Shown in pieces: positions 47,218-57,109 of a stretch of DNA of 64,000 nt. Origin of the DNA: a candidate division WOR-3 bacterium. GTDB lineage: Bacteria; Hydrothermota; Tepidihabitantia; Tepidihabitantales; Tepidihabitantaceae. Under the pieces are notes generated by a model, which saw only the letters and a program-made list of their open reading frames with translations, was not told where the DNA came from and ran no database searches. The stretch lies in the NCBI GenBank assembly GCA_965649295.1, contig CBFGKH010000001.1, forward strand, positions 288,001 through 352,000, read 5' to 3'. The position numbers were made by a program, and so were the translations under genes. Numbering within the stretch: the first letter of the stretch is position 1; every line of letters begins with the position of its first letter.

Positions 47218-48459
47218 TCACTGCAGAAAACGATACCCGCACCGCGTACAAAACCGGGCATCCGGCTCACGGACGGCGCCACACTGCGGACAGACCGGCC
47301 GCCGAGTCGCAACCACCAGTGCAACTTCAGCACCGCGCTTCAGTCGGGTTCCGGCTGGCGGATAGGTTCCTGCGACCATGCCCGGCGCATAGCCACCGCT
47401 GAACGTCTCCTCAACCCGACCAGGCTTCAGCCCGGCCGCATTCAAACTGGCCTTCGCCTGATCCAGAGCTACGCCCACCAGTGGCGGCACTTGTGCCATA
47501 CCAGTGCTAATACTCAGCTGGACCCGACCACCCCGCCGCAACCGCTGCTCGGCTGGTGGACTCTGGGCCACAACCACCCCTGCTTCCTCCGGGCCATCCG
47601 CCTCGACAAGAACCACCTCCAGGCCAAGCGAATCGAGCAGCGCCTGCGCCGCTGCCTGACCAAGCCCAACCAGATTCGGCACTGGTTTGCCCCCAAGCAT
47701 CGGCCGCAGTATCACCACCCCGCCGGCGACCAACCCAATCACGAGCAACAGCACCACAACCGGCACCACCCGTGGTCGGGGCCGGCTAACCGGCACCGGT
47801 GCCGGCTCAAAAACCGCTGTTGGCGGCCGCTCCAACTCCTCTTCAACCCCTGACTCGGCCCGAGGCCCAATTACCTGCTGCAGACGATGACGCTTGGCCA
47901 TCGCTTCCAGCGCCTGCTTGAACTCGCGAGCGGTCTGGAACCGACCCTGCGGATTCTTTGTCAGGGCTCGCAGAATGATTCGCTCCAGCTCAACCGAAAT
48001 CTCGGGTCGTATCGAACGCGGCGGTGGCGGTGGCTGGGTGGCATGAGCTTGGAGCAGCTCGTGCTTGAGCTGGCTGTCAAACGGGACCTTACCGGTTGCC
48101 GCCTCATACAAGCAGACACCCAACGAATAGGTATCACTGCGGCCATCAACTGTCCGGCCCTGGCCCCGCTCCGGCGACATATACCGAACAGCTCCCAGTC
48201 CGGTCCCGCCGTAATCAACGAGCTTCCAACTCTTACCCTCACGGACAATCTTCTTCGGACTGATGTTGCGATGAATCATCGCCTGACCGTGCGCCTGTTC
48301 CAAGTCATCGAGGACCTCGATGAAGATGCGAAGCAGTTCAGGCTCAGGCAGTGGCCCACGTTCGGCCAAGAGCTTTTCCAGTGTCATAGCGGTGGCAGCA
48401 CTGCCCCCCGGCCCAGGCTGGTCAGTCGGCGGCGTTGGTAGCGAATCTGTCATTGTCAC
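47218..48459 (-). CDS. Ser/Thr kinase-like (probable pseudokinase)-TM-PASTA-zinc ribbon protein
   Basis: HRN, DYG, YMSPE, D.YSLG; TM segment; two PASTA domains; CPQCG...FCTRCG. Confidence 0.85.
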   Translation of the reverse strand: MTMTDSLPTPPTDQPGPGGSAATAMTLEKLLAERGPLPEPELLRIFIEVLDDLEQAHGQAMIHRNISPKKIVREGKSWKLVDYGGTGLGAVRYMSPERGQGRTVDGRSDTYSLGVCLYEAATGKVPFDSQLKHELLQAHATQPPPPPRSIRPEISVELERIILRALTKNPQGRFQTAREFKQALEAMAKRHRLQQVIGPRAESGVEEELERPPTAVFEPAPVPVSRPRPRVVPVVVLLLVIGLVAGGVVILRPMLGGKPVPNLVGLGQAAAQALLDSLGLEVVLVEADGPEEAGVVVAQSPPAEQRLRRGGRVQLSISTGMAQVPPLVGVALDQAKASLNAAGLKPGRVEETFSGGYAPGMVAGTYPPAGTRLKRGAEVALVVATRRPVCPQCGAVREPDARFCTRCGYRFLQ

Positions 48460-48712
48460 CAGTCAATCCCGGCTGGTCGCAACCAAACCCGGCATTGCAT
48501 ATCGCTGCGATAGCGCACCTTAGCTAATTCTAGCCGCAGCCGAGACAGATTACAAGTGCAACGCTCAATCTCTATCTACTATGTGCCTTCGTCTGCAACC
48601 CTCTCCTTGTCGAAACCGCCCTCCCCGTCCCCGCCTCTCCACTCTGCACTCTAGCTTCTGCCCTCTAGCTTCTCCACTCTCGCCCCTCGCCTCCGCTCGG
48701 GGCAGGCCCAGC

Positions 48713-50332
48713 TCAGCGAACGTCGCCCGCCTGGCTGGCACTTCGAGACAAAAGGTCTCTGGCTACTGGAGCATAGGCTGAACCTGGGTAATCAATCACG
48801 AGCTGTTGCAAGGCAGCACGATAGCGGCTATCGTCCGCGAGCACCGTCCGATAGACCTGCGCCTGCTCAAACCTAGCCCGCGGTGCCAGCGGACTGGCCG
48901 GTGCGGAACGAATAAAGTCTTCATAGACGAGCAGCGCCTCACGGGCCCGTCCCAGCCGTCCAAGACAGGCAGCAGCGACAAAGTGCGCTTGCTCCGCCAC
49001 CTGACCGTTACCCTTCATCAACGACTGGGCCTGGGTTAGGGCCTGATCGTATCGGCCACGGGCAAAATCAAGCATAACCCGCCCCAGCTCTGCCGCTCTA
49101 TCACCACTACCAGCCACCAGCGCCAGTTCCAGCCCGTCATTCACAAGCAGACTCGCCGGGAAACGGGACGCCAACTCGGCAACCGCTGAACGCACCGAAT
49201 CTAGCTTGCCCTCGTAGAGAAACGTCTGGGCGACCAATAGTAACAACCGGTCACTTGGTGCTGCTGCCTTACGCGCCTCGCTCCGAGCAGCAGCCGGTCT
49301 GCCCTGAGCCACGAGACTGGTAGCAAGACCGAATCGGGCCGGTTCACTCGCCGACTCCAGCCGCAGCGCCTGGCCAAACGCCTGTTCTGCCGCCTCGTAG
49401 TTACCCGCCTCCAGTTCCAGCTCGCCCAACTCGACGAACGCCGCGGCTGTATTCGACCGCCCCAGCTCAACCCTTGCTTCAGCCACTCTGCCCATACGCC
49501 GCAGCACCCGTCCGGCATCAACTGTCCGACCGTTTGCCTGATATGCTGCCAGCGCGGCCTGCAGGTAACCTGCTGCTTCACACTCCCGAGCGAAGCGGTC
49601 AAGTGTTGGCCGGTCAACAACCTCTTGCACTGCCCGCACCGCCTCCGCCTGCTGATTGGCAGCCAGCAACACAGTAGCTGCTGCCAGTCCTTTTATGTCG
49701 GGCGCGGTCAGACCGCCAACCTCAGTCAGCAACTGCCGATATCCGGTCCGCGTCGCATAGGCGCGCAGTTTCTGACGATAGCTGTCAAAGGCCTTGGGAT
49801 TGCGGTTTAGCAACATTACAATCTCGCGCACCGCTGCTATCAACTGCCCCTGCTTCTCGTATAGCTCGATCAACGCGTCGGCATGAGCATAAGGGTCTCC
49901 TGAACGCTCGCGAATCTGCCGATACACCGAAGTCGCCTCTGCCCACTGCTCCGTACGAACCAGTAGGGCAGCCAGCGCCGGCAACTCTTCTGGCCACTTG
50001 CGGCCAATCCGCCGCGCCTCCTGCAATCCCTCCGCTGTCCGGCCCTGACCAAGCAATCCCTCAGCCAGCGCCAAGGCAAACCTCGCCTCCTCGGGCTGCG
50101 CCGCCACCAGTCGCCGACTGACAGCTACCAGCGAATCATAGCGACCCAAGGCCCGACTGACCCGCAAAAGCCCCTGCAACGCACCGACGTCGTTACTGTT
50201 CTTGCTCAACTGCCGACAGTACTCGACAAGGGCAGGCTCAAGCTGACCAGCCTGTTCGAGCACCAGCCCGGTCTGGGCCAATGCCGCCCCGACGAGCACC
50301 AGCCCGACTAACCAGCACCGCACCACAAACAC
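48713..50332 (-). CDS. Exported tetratricopeptide-repeat protein
   Basis: Signal peptide, Ala/Leu helical TPR repeats, terminal YPGS motif. Confidence 0.8.
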   Translation of the reverse strand: MFVVRCWLVGLVLVGAALAQTGLVLEQAGQLEPALVEYCRQLSKNSNDVGALQGLLRVSRALGRYDSLVAVSRRLVAAQPEEARFALALAEGLLGQGRTAEGLQEARRIGRKWPEELPALAALLVRTEQWAEATSVYRQIRERSGDPYAHADALIELYEKQGQLIAAVREIVMLLNRNPKAFDSYRQKLRAYATRTGYRQLLTEVGGLTAPDIKGLAAATVLLAANQQAEAVRAVQEVVDRPTLDRFARECEAAGYLQAALAAYQANGRTVDAGRVLRRMGRVAEARVELGRSNTAAAFVELGELELEAGNYEAAEQAFGQALRLESASEPARFGLATSLVAQGRPAAARSEARKAAAPSDRLLLLVAQTFLYEGKLDSVRSAVAELASRFPASLLVNDGLELALVAGSGDRAAELGRVMLDFARGRYDQALTQAQSLMKGNGQVAEQAHFVAAACLGRLGRAREALLVYEDFIRSAPASPLAPRARFEQAQVYRTVLADDSRYRAALQQLVIDYPGSAYAPVARDLLSRSASQAGDVR

Positions 50333-53300
50333 CTACTCATTCAGCAGCCTATCAAAGTAGGCCCGAATCATCTCCTCATACTCCGCTGGATAACCCTGTT
50401 TCAGGGCCCGCATCAGTTCCTCGCGGAGCAACCGGTTCCGCTCGCCGGCATCAACCGGCAGTCGCGGCCGCTCCCGAATCTCAAACGGCCGACCGGTCTC
50501 ACTCTCCCGCTCCTCTTTGAATCCCTGCTGCCGGATGCTCCGCTGGGCATCAAGCAGATGAGAAAGGATGCTCTCCTGTCGCTGGACCAGTTCCCGTGTC
50601 ACGTTCAGTTCAGCCAGGTCGCGTTCTACCTGCCGCATCTCGTCCAACACCCCGTCAAGAGCCGAAGTGAGGCCAGGCCGATCGCCACCCATCGATTGCA
50701 GCATCTGCTCCAGTTGCTGCCGAATCGCGCTCTGTTTGGCCAGAATCCGGGCCAGCGCCTGCAGCTGGGCCTCGGATAGCCCGCCGGGCAGCGGAATCGG
50801 CATCCCGCCCATCTCGGAGTTGATTCCCATCTGGCCCGATGCCATCTGCGACAACTGTTCGAGCAGGTCCTCCATACCGCCGGACAGGCCACCGCCCTGC
50901 TCGGCATTGGCCGCTGCTTCGAGCAAGCTCTGGGCGATTCGATTCAGCCCTTGTCTCGCTCCGGCCATTAGCTGACCGGCCGAGCCGCCACGATTCTCAA
51001 CCAGTGCCTGTGCTGCCTGCTGCATCGTGTTCATCACCCGTGCCAACTCTGCCCCAGCCTGCGGTGGAATGCTCAGGCTCTGGCCGGCAAGTGACGCAAG
51101 ACTTTCGGCAACAATCCGGGTTGCGTCGTGCATACCCATCTGGGTTGGGGCCAGTTCGCTGAGGTCGGGTTGGGCGGCGAGCGAAGTTTCGAGCGCCTCT
51201 TGCTGGCGTGAGAGCATGAGGATATCACCCGCAGCGGCGGTCAGTTTGCGAGCCACGTCTTGCGAGCGCTTCTGCTTCAGCCGGTCCGACAGGGCCTGTA
51301 GTCCCTGCCCCAGTTCGGCCAGCTCCTCGGCCAGTTCCTGACTCGGCCCCTGCGCCGGCTTGGTCTGACCCTGTTGCAACTGTTCGGCTATGCGCCCGGC
51401 CCGGGCTGAGAGCTGCCGTCCTTCGGCTGCTTCAGCAAGTTGGCCCAAGGCCTGGGCCAGCTCGCTGTCCGAGAGCGAATCAGCCAGCCGCTTCATCTGT
51501 CCGAGTAGGCTATCCAGTCCGGCTTTGATGTCCTGTTGCCGGGCAGCTGCTGCCTCATTCGGCTCCCGGCCGAGCTTTGATGTCAATTCTTCCTGCCGCT
51601 CGGCTAGCTCAGCTGCCTTGCGGGCGAGCTCGGCCAAACGCTGCTCCTCGGCAATCCGGCGCAGCAGTTCCAAGGCCCGCTCGATCCCGGCCCGTAGCTT
51701 TTCCTGGTCGAGCTGGAACCGTTCGAGTGCCTGCCGGATATCTGGTGCCTGCTGTTCGAGCTGCTCCCGTAGCCGGGCCAGCGACTGCTGAAGTTCCCGC
51801 GGCAGCATCTGCGAGAGCAGCTCCTGCAACTGTCCCAGCCGATTCATCGTCTCCCGGTCAAAGCTCAGTCCCTGGCTCAGTTCTTCTTTGAGCTGCTGGA
51901 TCTCGGCCTGCAAATCGGCAATCTGGTCTAGCAGCTCCTGCTGCCCGTCGAGGGTTTTAGCCAGGGCCTGTTTTTCGGGCCAGCCGAGTTCACGATTGCG
52001 CTTCAGTTCGTCGCTAATCCGGGCGAGGTCGGCGCTGAGTTGCTCTTGTTCGGTCTGCATCGGGCCAAGTTCCTGCGTTGTCCGCTCAGTCTGGCGCACT
52101 GCTGCCGAGTGTATCTCGGCGAGCGTGGGGAAGCGGACTGCGTATGTCTCGCTTTGGCCTAATTTTGGCCCGCGGACAGCGTCGTTGTCCGCGACAGTGA
52201 CATAGTAGTGCATCACCTCGCCCGGCAATAGACCGACATCGGCAAGGTCCCAGACATAGAAAGTGGTGTCCTCGCGCCGTCCGCCAAGGTTCCTAATCCG
52301 AATCCGCTGAGCAAACGACTCTGCTCGGGGCAGGCCTGGTGGTTCGTCCTCTCCTCGTCCGAATTCCTCCGGGGTCTCTTTGGCAAAGTGGAGCACCAGC
52401 TCCCCGAGTCCAAAGTCATCAATCGCATTGATTCCCAGCGGAATCTGCATCGAGGCCGGCAGGTCAACATCCCGGCCCGGCAAGAACAGCCGCACAAACG
52501 GCGGCTCATCGCCCAGAACCCTGACCCGGAGTCCAACTGCTGGTCGGGCCGGCCCGTCACTGGTCCCGGCCAGCTCAATCCCGCCGCTCGCGTCGCTCTT
52601 GGCGACAAACCGACCGCGAAAGCGGCTGGGCACCGCCGCGTCAATCTCAATGCCGAGCGTCTCGCTTCCCAAGACCAACTGTGCCTGACCGATTGCCCGG
52701 TCTGCCTCACCCTCGAACTCGACGACTGTTCCGCGCAGCACGCTGATATCCGGATTCGACGAACGCACCGGCGCAAGACCGGTGTAGGGGGGGTAGTTGT
52801 AACTGAACACTAGCCGCGTAATGCCGAGCGGCTCCAGCACCCGCACCCGGTGTTCGGCTGATACTGCCGACAATGCCCGGAACCGATACCAAAACCCTTT
52901 CTCTGCCGGTATGCGCACTGCACAAGAGTCCCCGACGAGCCGCACCCGCCGCCGCTGCAGTCTCTGCCGGCCAGCACCGTCACTTTTGGTCTCGAGCCAG
53001 ACCCCACGCAGCGGTAGCTGTTCTCTGGCCGCGCTGCCCTCTTGCAGGACCAGCCGGCAGCGCAGTACTGCTGTTCCATTTGGCATCACCGTGGTATCGC
53101 CCGGCGCAACGATGAGCGACACCGGCAACCGACTTGGCGCAAAACCGTTGAGGAAACCGAGTTGCATCCGCTCGGTCAGGAACAGACCGAGCAGGCCGAC
53201 AATAGCGACTACTCCAACCAGCCCGGCCCCGGCCCAGAACAGCCGGCCACGGTGGTCCAGCCGGCCCAGGGGTAGCGGTGAGAGCGCCTGCTCGGCCTGG

Positions 53301-53653
53301 GCCACTGCCGCATCGAGCAACTCGACCGAGTAGCCCTCCCTGCTCTTCTCATCGTACCGGCAGAGTTCGAGCGCTGCCCGCAGCCTGCCCCGCACAGCCG
53401 GAAAGGTCTCTTCCACTTCGGTCACGACCGGTGCGAGCCGGTCCTGAGCAAGCCAGCGCCACGCCACGACCGCCACCAACACGACGGCTCCAAGCAGCAG
53501 CCAGCCGCTCCAGAAAAACAAAGAGACCAGCGCGCCAATGCCCACAAGGAGCGCAAGCAGCACTACTAGCAGGGCAGCGAGGTCAAACCCGAGCCGCGCT
53601 CGATACAACCGGCCAAGCCGGGTGCTGATTAGTCGGCCGCGCTGGGTATTCAC
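50333..53653 (-). CDS. DUF4175-like membrane-anchored coiled-coil protein
   Basis: N-terminal TMs, PPYTG, DDFGL, Y.V...DND, Gln-rich coiled coil, terminal Y...I.AYF. Confidence 0.8.
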   Translation of the reverse strand: MNTQRGRLISTRLGRLYRARLGFDLAALLVVLLALLVGIGALVSLFFWSGWLLLGAVVLVAVVAWRWLAQDRLAPVVTEVEETFPAVRGRLRAALELCRYDEKSREGYSVELLDAAVAQAEQALSPLPLGRLDHRGRLFWAGAGLVGVVAIVGLLGLFLTERMQLGFLNGFAPSRLPVSLIVAPGDTTVMPNGTAVLRCRLVLQEGSAAREQLPLRGVWLETKSDGAGRQRLQRRRVRLVGDSCAVRIPAEKGFWYRFRALSAVSAEHRVRVLEPLGITRLVFSYNYPPYTGLAPVRSSNPDISVLRGTVVEFEGEADRAIGQAQLVLGSETLGIEIDAAVPSRFRGRFVAKSDASGGIELAGTSDGPARPAVGLRVRVLGDEPPFVRLFLPGRDVDLPASMQIPLGINAIDDFGLGELVLHFAKETPEEFGRGEDEPPGLPRAESFAQRIRIRNLGGRREDTTFYVWDLADVGLLPGEVMHYYVTVADNDAVRGPKLGQSETYAVRFPTLAEIHSAAVRQTERTTQELGPMQTEQEQLSADLARISDELKRNRELGWPEKQALAKTLDGQQELLDQIADLQAEIQQLKEELSQGLSFDRETMNRLGQLQELLSQMLPRELQQSLARLREQLEQQAPDIRQALERFQLDQEKLRAGIERALELLRRIAEEQRLAELARKAAELAERQEELTSKLGREPNEAAAARQQDIKAGLDSLLGQMKRLADSLSDSELAQALGQLAEAAEGRQLSARAGRIAEQLQQGQTKPAQGPSQELAEELAELGQGLQALSDRLKQKRSQDVARKLTAAAGDILMLSRQQEALETSLAAQPDLSELAPTQMGMHDATRIVAESLASLAGQSLSIPPQAGAELARVMNTMQQAAQALVENRGGSAGQLMAGARQGLNRIAQSLLEAAANAEQGGGLSGGMEDLLEQLSQMASGQMGINSEMGGMPIPLPGGLSEAQLQALARILAKQSAIRQQLEQMLQSMGGDRPGLTSALDGVLDEMRQVERDLAELNVTRELVQRQESILSHLLDAQRSIRQQGFKEERESETGRPFEIRERPRLPVDAGERNRLLREELMRALKQGYPAEYEEMIRAYFDRLLNE

Positions 53654-53767
53654 TTTTCGGTTGCTAGGTTAGTCGGGACCGCTTGATTATAGAGCGAGCC
53701 GGTGCTGGCCACAACTGCTGTCATCAGGGTATTGACGGCCAAGCTTCCGGTTCGTTGGCCAGTTCGG

Positions 53768-54970
53768 CTAGTCGGCTTCGAATCGCAGCACCAGCTCTTC
53801 GAGCTGCTCGCCAAGCCAACGGGCCTGGACGCGCCGGTTGTAGCGATCGCGGTTGCCGCCAACGAATCGGCCGGGGTTGGCCTGTAGCTCGGCCAGCACC
53901 GTCCGCAACCGGTTCGGGTCGCCGTCGCAGCCCAGCCCGGCTTGGGCGTTGGTCACGATCGCCAGCGCCTCGGCCGCATCACCCCAGACGATAATCGGCC
54001 GGTTCGCGCCAAGGTACTCATACAGCTTGATGCCCACCGGCTGGTTGGGCTTGTTGATGTAGAGCAGGCAATCAGCCCCTTTCATGATGGCACAGGCCCG
54101 GCGGTGCGGCACCGTGCCGAGCAACTCCACCTGCTGGTTTCTGGCCAGTTCCTGCCGGAGCGGTTCGCCAACCCCGCCCACAAGATACAGTCTCGCTTCT
54201 GGTACCGCGCCCAGCGCCTGCACAAACGAACGCACCAGTCCCTCGTTCTGCCAGAGGTTACCGACATGGACGACGCTGTAGCCGGCAAGGCGCTCGGCCT
54301 CGGCCTCAAACTCGGTCGGGTCGAATCCGTTGTCCAGCACCCTGACACCGCTACCCACCTGCCGCGCTGTCCCTTCGTTCACCGCCAGCGTCAGGTCAGC
54401 GTGTTCGACAATGTAGCGCCGCAGTCGGCGCAGCGCTGCCCGCTGGTGTCGCGGCGGCTCGGCAAATCCGGTCGGCCAGGGGTCGCGAAAGTCGCAAACG
54501 AGCGGCACCCGCGCGTGGGCCTTCAGCCTGACACCGAGGAGCAGGGCCGTGAACGGCGGCGAAGTGGCAAAAATCGCTGCCGGCTTCTCGGCGTCAATGA
54601 TATGCCGGCCGACTGCTGACCCGAATGGAAACCAGCCAATCTTTGAGTCGGGAAAGAGCAAGTAGTTGAGCAACCGCGGCCCTAGTCCCCCGACTTTCTT
54701 TAGCGCCGGCTGAAGCCGCTTGGCCCGCGCCCGCAGTAGCTGCAGCAGTCGGTTCGGGTCAACTGTCTCGGTGCGGTAGAGCCTCGCCTCTTTCAGGTCG
54801 GCGAGCAGCTCCGGGTCATACGAGTAGTAGGCGACAGGCTTTACCGTGAGGATGAGCGGCCGCCAGCCTGCTTCGGGCAAGAACTTGCAGAGCTTTGTCA
54901 CCCGCATCACGCCCGAAAGCCCAAGCGGCGGAGTGTAGTAGGCTATCACCAGCAGTCGTCGGAGTGTCAT
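53768..54970 (-). CDS. Glycosyltransferase (GT-B, family 4-like)
   Basis: YY.PP...GV.R, TSPP, DFRDPW, NGFD, KLYEYL. Confidence 0.87.
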   Translation of the reverse strand: MTLRRLLVIAYYTPPLGLSGVMRVTKLCKFLPEAGWRPLILTVKPVAYYSYDPELLADLKEARLYRTETVDPNRLLQLLRARAKRLQPALKKVGGLGPRLLNYLLFPDSKIGWFPFGSAVGRHIIDAEKPAAIFATSPPFTALLLGVRLKAHARVPLVCDFRDPWPTGFAEPPRHQRAALRRLRRYIVEHADLTLAVNEGTARQVGSGVRVLDNGFDPTEFEAEAERLAGYSVVHVGNLWQNEGLVRSFVQALGAVPEARLYLVGGVGEPLRQELARNQQVELLGTVPHRRACAIMKGADCLLYINKPNQPVGIKLYEYLGANRPIIVWGDAAEALAIVTNAQAGLGCDGDPNRLRTVLAELQANPGRFVGGNRDRYNRRVQARWLGEQLEELVLRFEAD

Positions 54971-57090
54971 CGCGTTACCGGTGACAGCCTAGCGCCGCCA
55001 TCCATCTTCGCAAGCCGCTTCCCACTAGCCCCCCCACTAGCCGGCCCACAAATCCTCCTCATCGCCTCCGTCACCTCCTCTGGCGACAGCTCGACTAGCT
55101 CGATTTCCGAAAGGAACCGAAGCAACCCGCTAATGTCGAGCGACAGCAGGTGGTCTTCAACCTGCAACTCATCGGGCAGGAAACGAAAGAACGCGCCCGA
55201 GCCAAGACTGTCTTCGAGTCGGGCCAGCGCCCCGCGGACGACCTCGCGGATGCTCCCAAGGTCCGGTGCCAAAAACCGTTGCAGCTTGGGAGCAGAACCA
55301 GCCCCGCTAAGCAGTAACAGCTTGCCGTGCATATCCGCCACCTCCCTACCCCGAAGAGCCAGCGCCTCAGCGAGGATATAGCCGTAGGTCTGGCCCAAAA
55401 GATGGACCAGCACTGTCTCATTACGGTCGCGGAAGTAGGGAAACTGCTGTTCAGCCAGGTTCGGAAAGAGCCGCTGTTTCAGCACCGTGGCCAGCCGATA
55501 GTAGTAGCCGCCGGTGCCGGTGCCTTCAAAAATCTGAGTGTTGGTTGTGACTGCTGCCAGCGGCCGCACCAGCAGCCGCCGCCGTTTCTCATCGCGCTCG
55601 ACCAGCTCCCAGCTTCGGCCTGCCAGCACGAAGTGGCGATAGACGAAAAAGACCGTGCCGATGTGCTGGTTGCTCGTCACATCGCGGACCTCATACTCGC
55701 CAAACGACTTGTCCTGAATGTTGGAATGAATCTTCCCTGACTCCACCTGCCGCTCGACCGCGGTGCCGGTGTGATAGATGCCCTCTTGGCTTGAGACGAG
55801 CGCGCCGGTCTCGACCAGATGCCGAAACGCCCGGTCAAACTGCCGCTCGTCGGTCACCAGCGGTACCAGCGCGCGCCGACACGACTCCCGCGTCATCCCG
55901 ACCCGGCGGCGCTGAAACGCGTAGGAGAGGATTTGCTGGGGCAGCACCGCCAGCGAGGGCGTGTAGCGCTTCTCGTAGAGCCGACCGGTTCGAGCGCACT
56001 CGAAGAACGTCTCAAAGAGCATCCGCTCCCAGGCGTTGGCATAGAGGGCAATCACCGGCAGCGGCAGCCGGCTGCGCCGATTGCCCCGACCCAGCCGTTG
56101 CAGCAGCGAGGAAACACTGAACGGCGGCCGCACCAGCACCACCGCGTCAATGTCGCCGATGTCAATGCCCAGTTCGAGCGTCGAAGTGCAGCAGAGCAGG
56201 CCGGTTCGCTCCCGGTTCATCGCCTGTTCGACTGTCTCCCGCACAGCCTTGTTCAACGACCCGTGATGCACCCAGCAGCGGCCCGCGAACGGCGGTCGGT
56301 CCAGAAGCTTCACCGCCTTCTCCGCTGCCGAGCGGGCGTTGAAAAAACAAAGCACCTTCCGGCAACCTTTGCGCCTTAGAGTGGCGAGCAGCTCACCCTC
56401 CCAGTTATCGTCCAGCGCCGCATACTCGACACTAATCTCCCGCTGCGCCGGTACCGCCACAACGGTTGGGTTCGAAAAGTAACGTTGGCCAATCTCAAGG
56501 TCGTCAATCGTTGCCGACAACGCATGGAAGGTGAGGTTCGGGTTCACCAGCCGCAGCCGCTGAAGCAGCACCCGCAACTGGTCCCCCCGCGGCGTGTTGT
56601 CAAGAAGATGCAGCTCATCTAGAATCACCGTCGCCAGTTGCCGAAATATGGCAGTGTGCCGACAGAGCAAAGAGTCGAACGACTCCGGTGTCGTCAGAAG
56701 CAGAAACGGCAACCGCCTCTCGTCAATGTCAGGATGATCACCAGTCTTGCGGCTGACCGTAAGTCCCAAATATTCCATCGGCTCGACCAGACGGCGATAA
56801 AGGTCGTTTACCAGCGCCCGCGTCGGACTGACATAGAGCACAGCCAGACCCTGTTGGCCACTCCTCTCCGCTGTAGCGCCAGCTCCGCCAAGGAGCCGCT
56901 CTACAACCGGGGCCACCACCCCATCGGTTTTGCCCGAAGCGGCCGGTGAGATGACCACCAGATTCTCGCCTGCCAGTATCCTCGGAATCGTCTGGACCTG
57001 AATGTCGGTGAGCTGGCCGAAGCGTGAAAAAAACGGCACCCACGTGCGGCGCAACGCCTGACGAATCGAGGCTACTGCTGCCGATGTCAT
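54967..57090 (-). CDS. Lhr-like DEAD/DEAH-box helicase (SngC/BrxHI-like)
   Basis: Q motif LTDIQ, ASGKT, PTRAL, TTPES, DELH, SAT, HHGSL, TSTLELGIDIG, QRLGR. Confidence 0.9.
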   Translation of the reverse strand: MTSAAVASIRQALRRTWVPFFSRFGQLTDIQVQTIPRILAGENLVVISPAASGKTDGVVAPVVERLLGGAGATAERSGQQGLAVLYVSPTRALVNDLYRRLVEPMEYLGLTVSRKTGDHPDIDERRLPFLLLTTPESFDSLLCRHTAIFRQLATVILDELHLLDNTPRGDQLRVLLQRLRLVNPNLTFHALSATIDDLEIGQRYFSNPTVVAVPAQREISVEYAALDDNWEGELLATLRRKGCRKVLCFFNARSAAEKAVKLLDRPPFAGRCWVHHGSLNKAVRETVEQAMNRERTGLLCCTSTLELGIDIGDIDAVVLVRPPFSVSSLLQRLGRGNRRSRLPLPVIALYANAWERMLFETFFECARTGRLYEKRYTPSLAVLPQQILSYAFQRRRVGMTRESCRRALVPLVTDERQFDRAFRHLVETGALVSSQEGIYHTGTAVERQVESGKIHSNIQDKSFGEYEVRDVTSNQHIGTVFFVYRHFVLAGRSWELVERDEKRRRLLVRPLAAVTTNTQIFEGTGTGGYYYRLATVLKQRLFPNLAEQQFPYFRDRNETVLVHLLGQTYGYILAEALALRGREVADMHGKLLLLSGAGSAPKLQRFLAPDLGSIREVVRGALARLEDSLGSGAFFRFLPDELQVEDHLLSLDISGLLRFLSEIELVELSPEEVTEAMRRICGPASGGASGKRLAKMDGGARLSPVTR

Positions 57091-57109
57091 CGTTGGGTGT
57101 GACTAGCCA

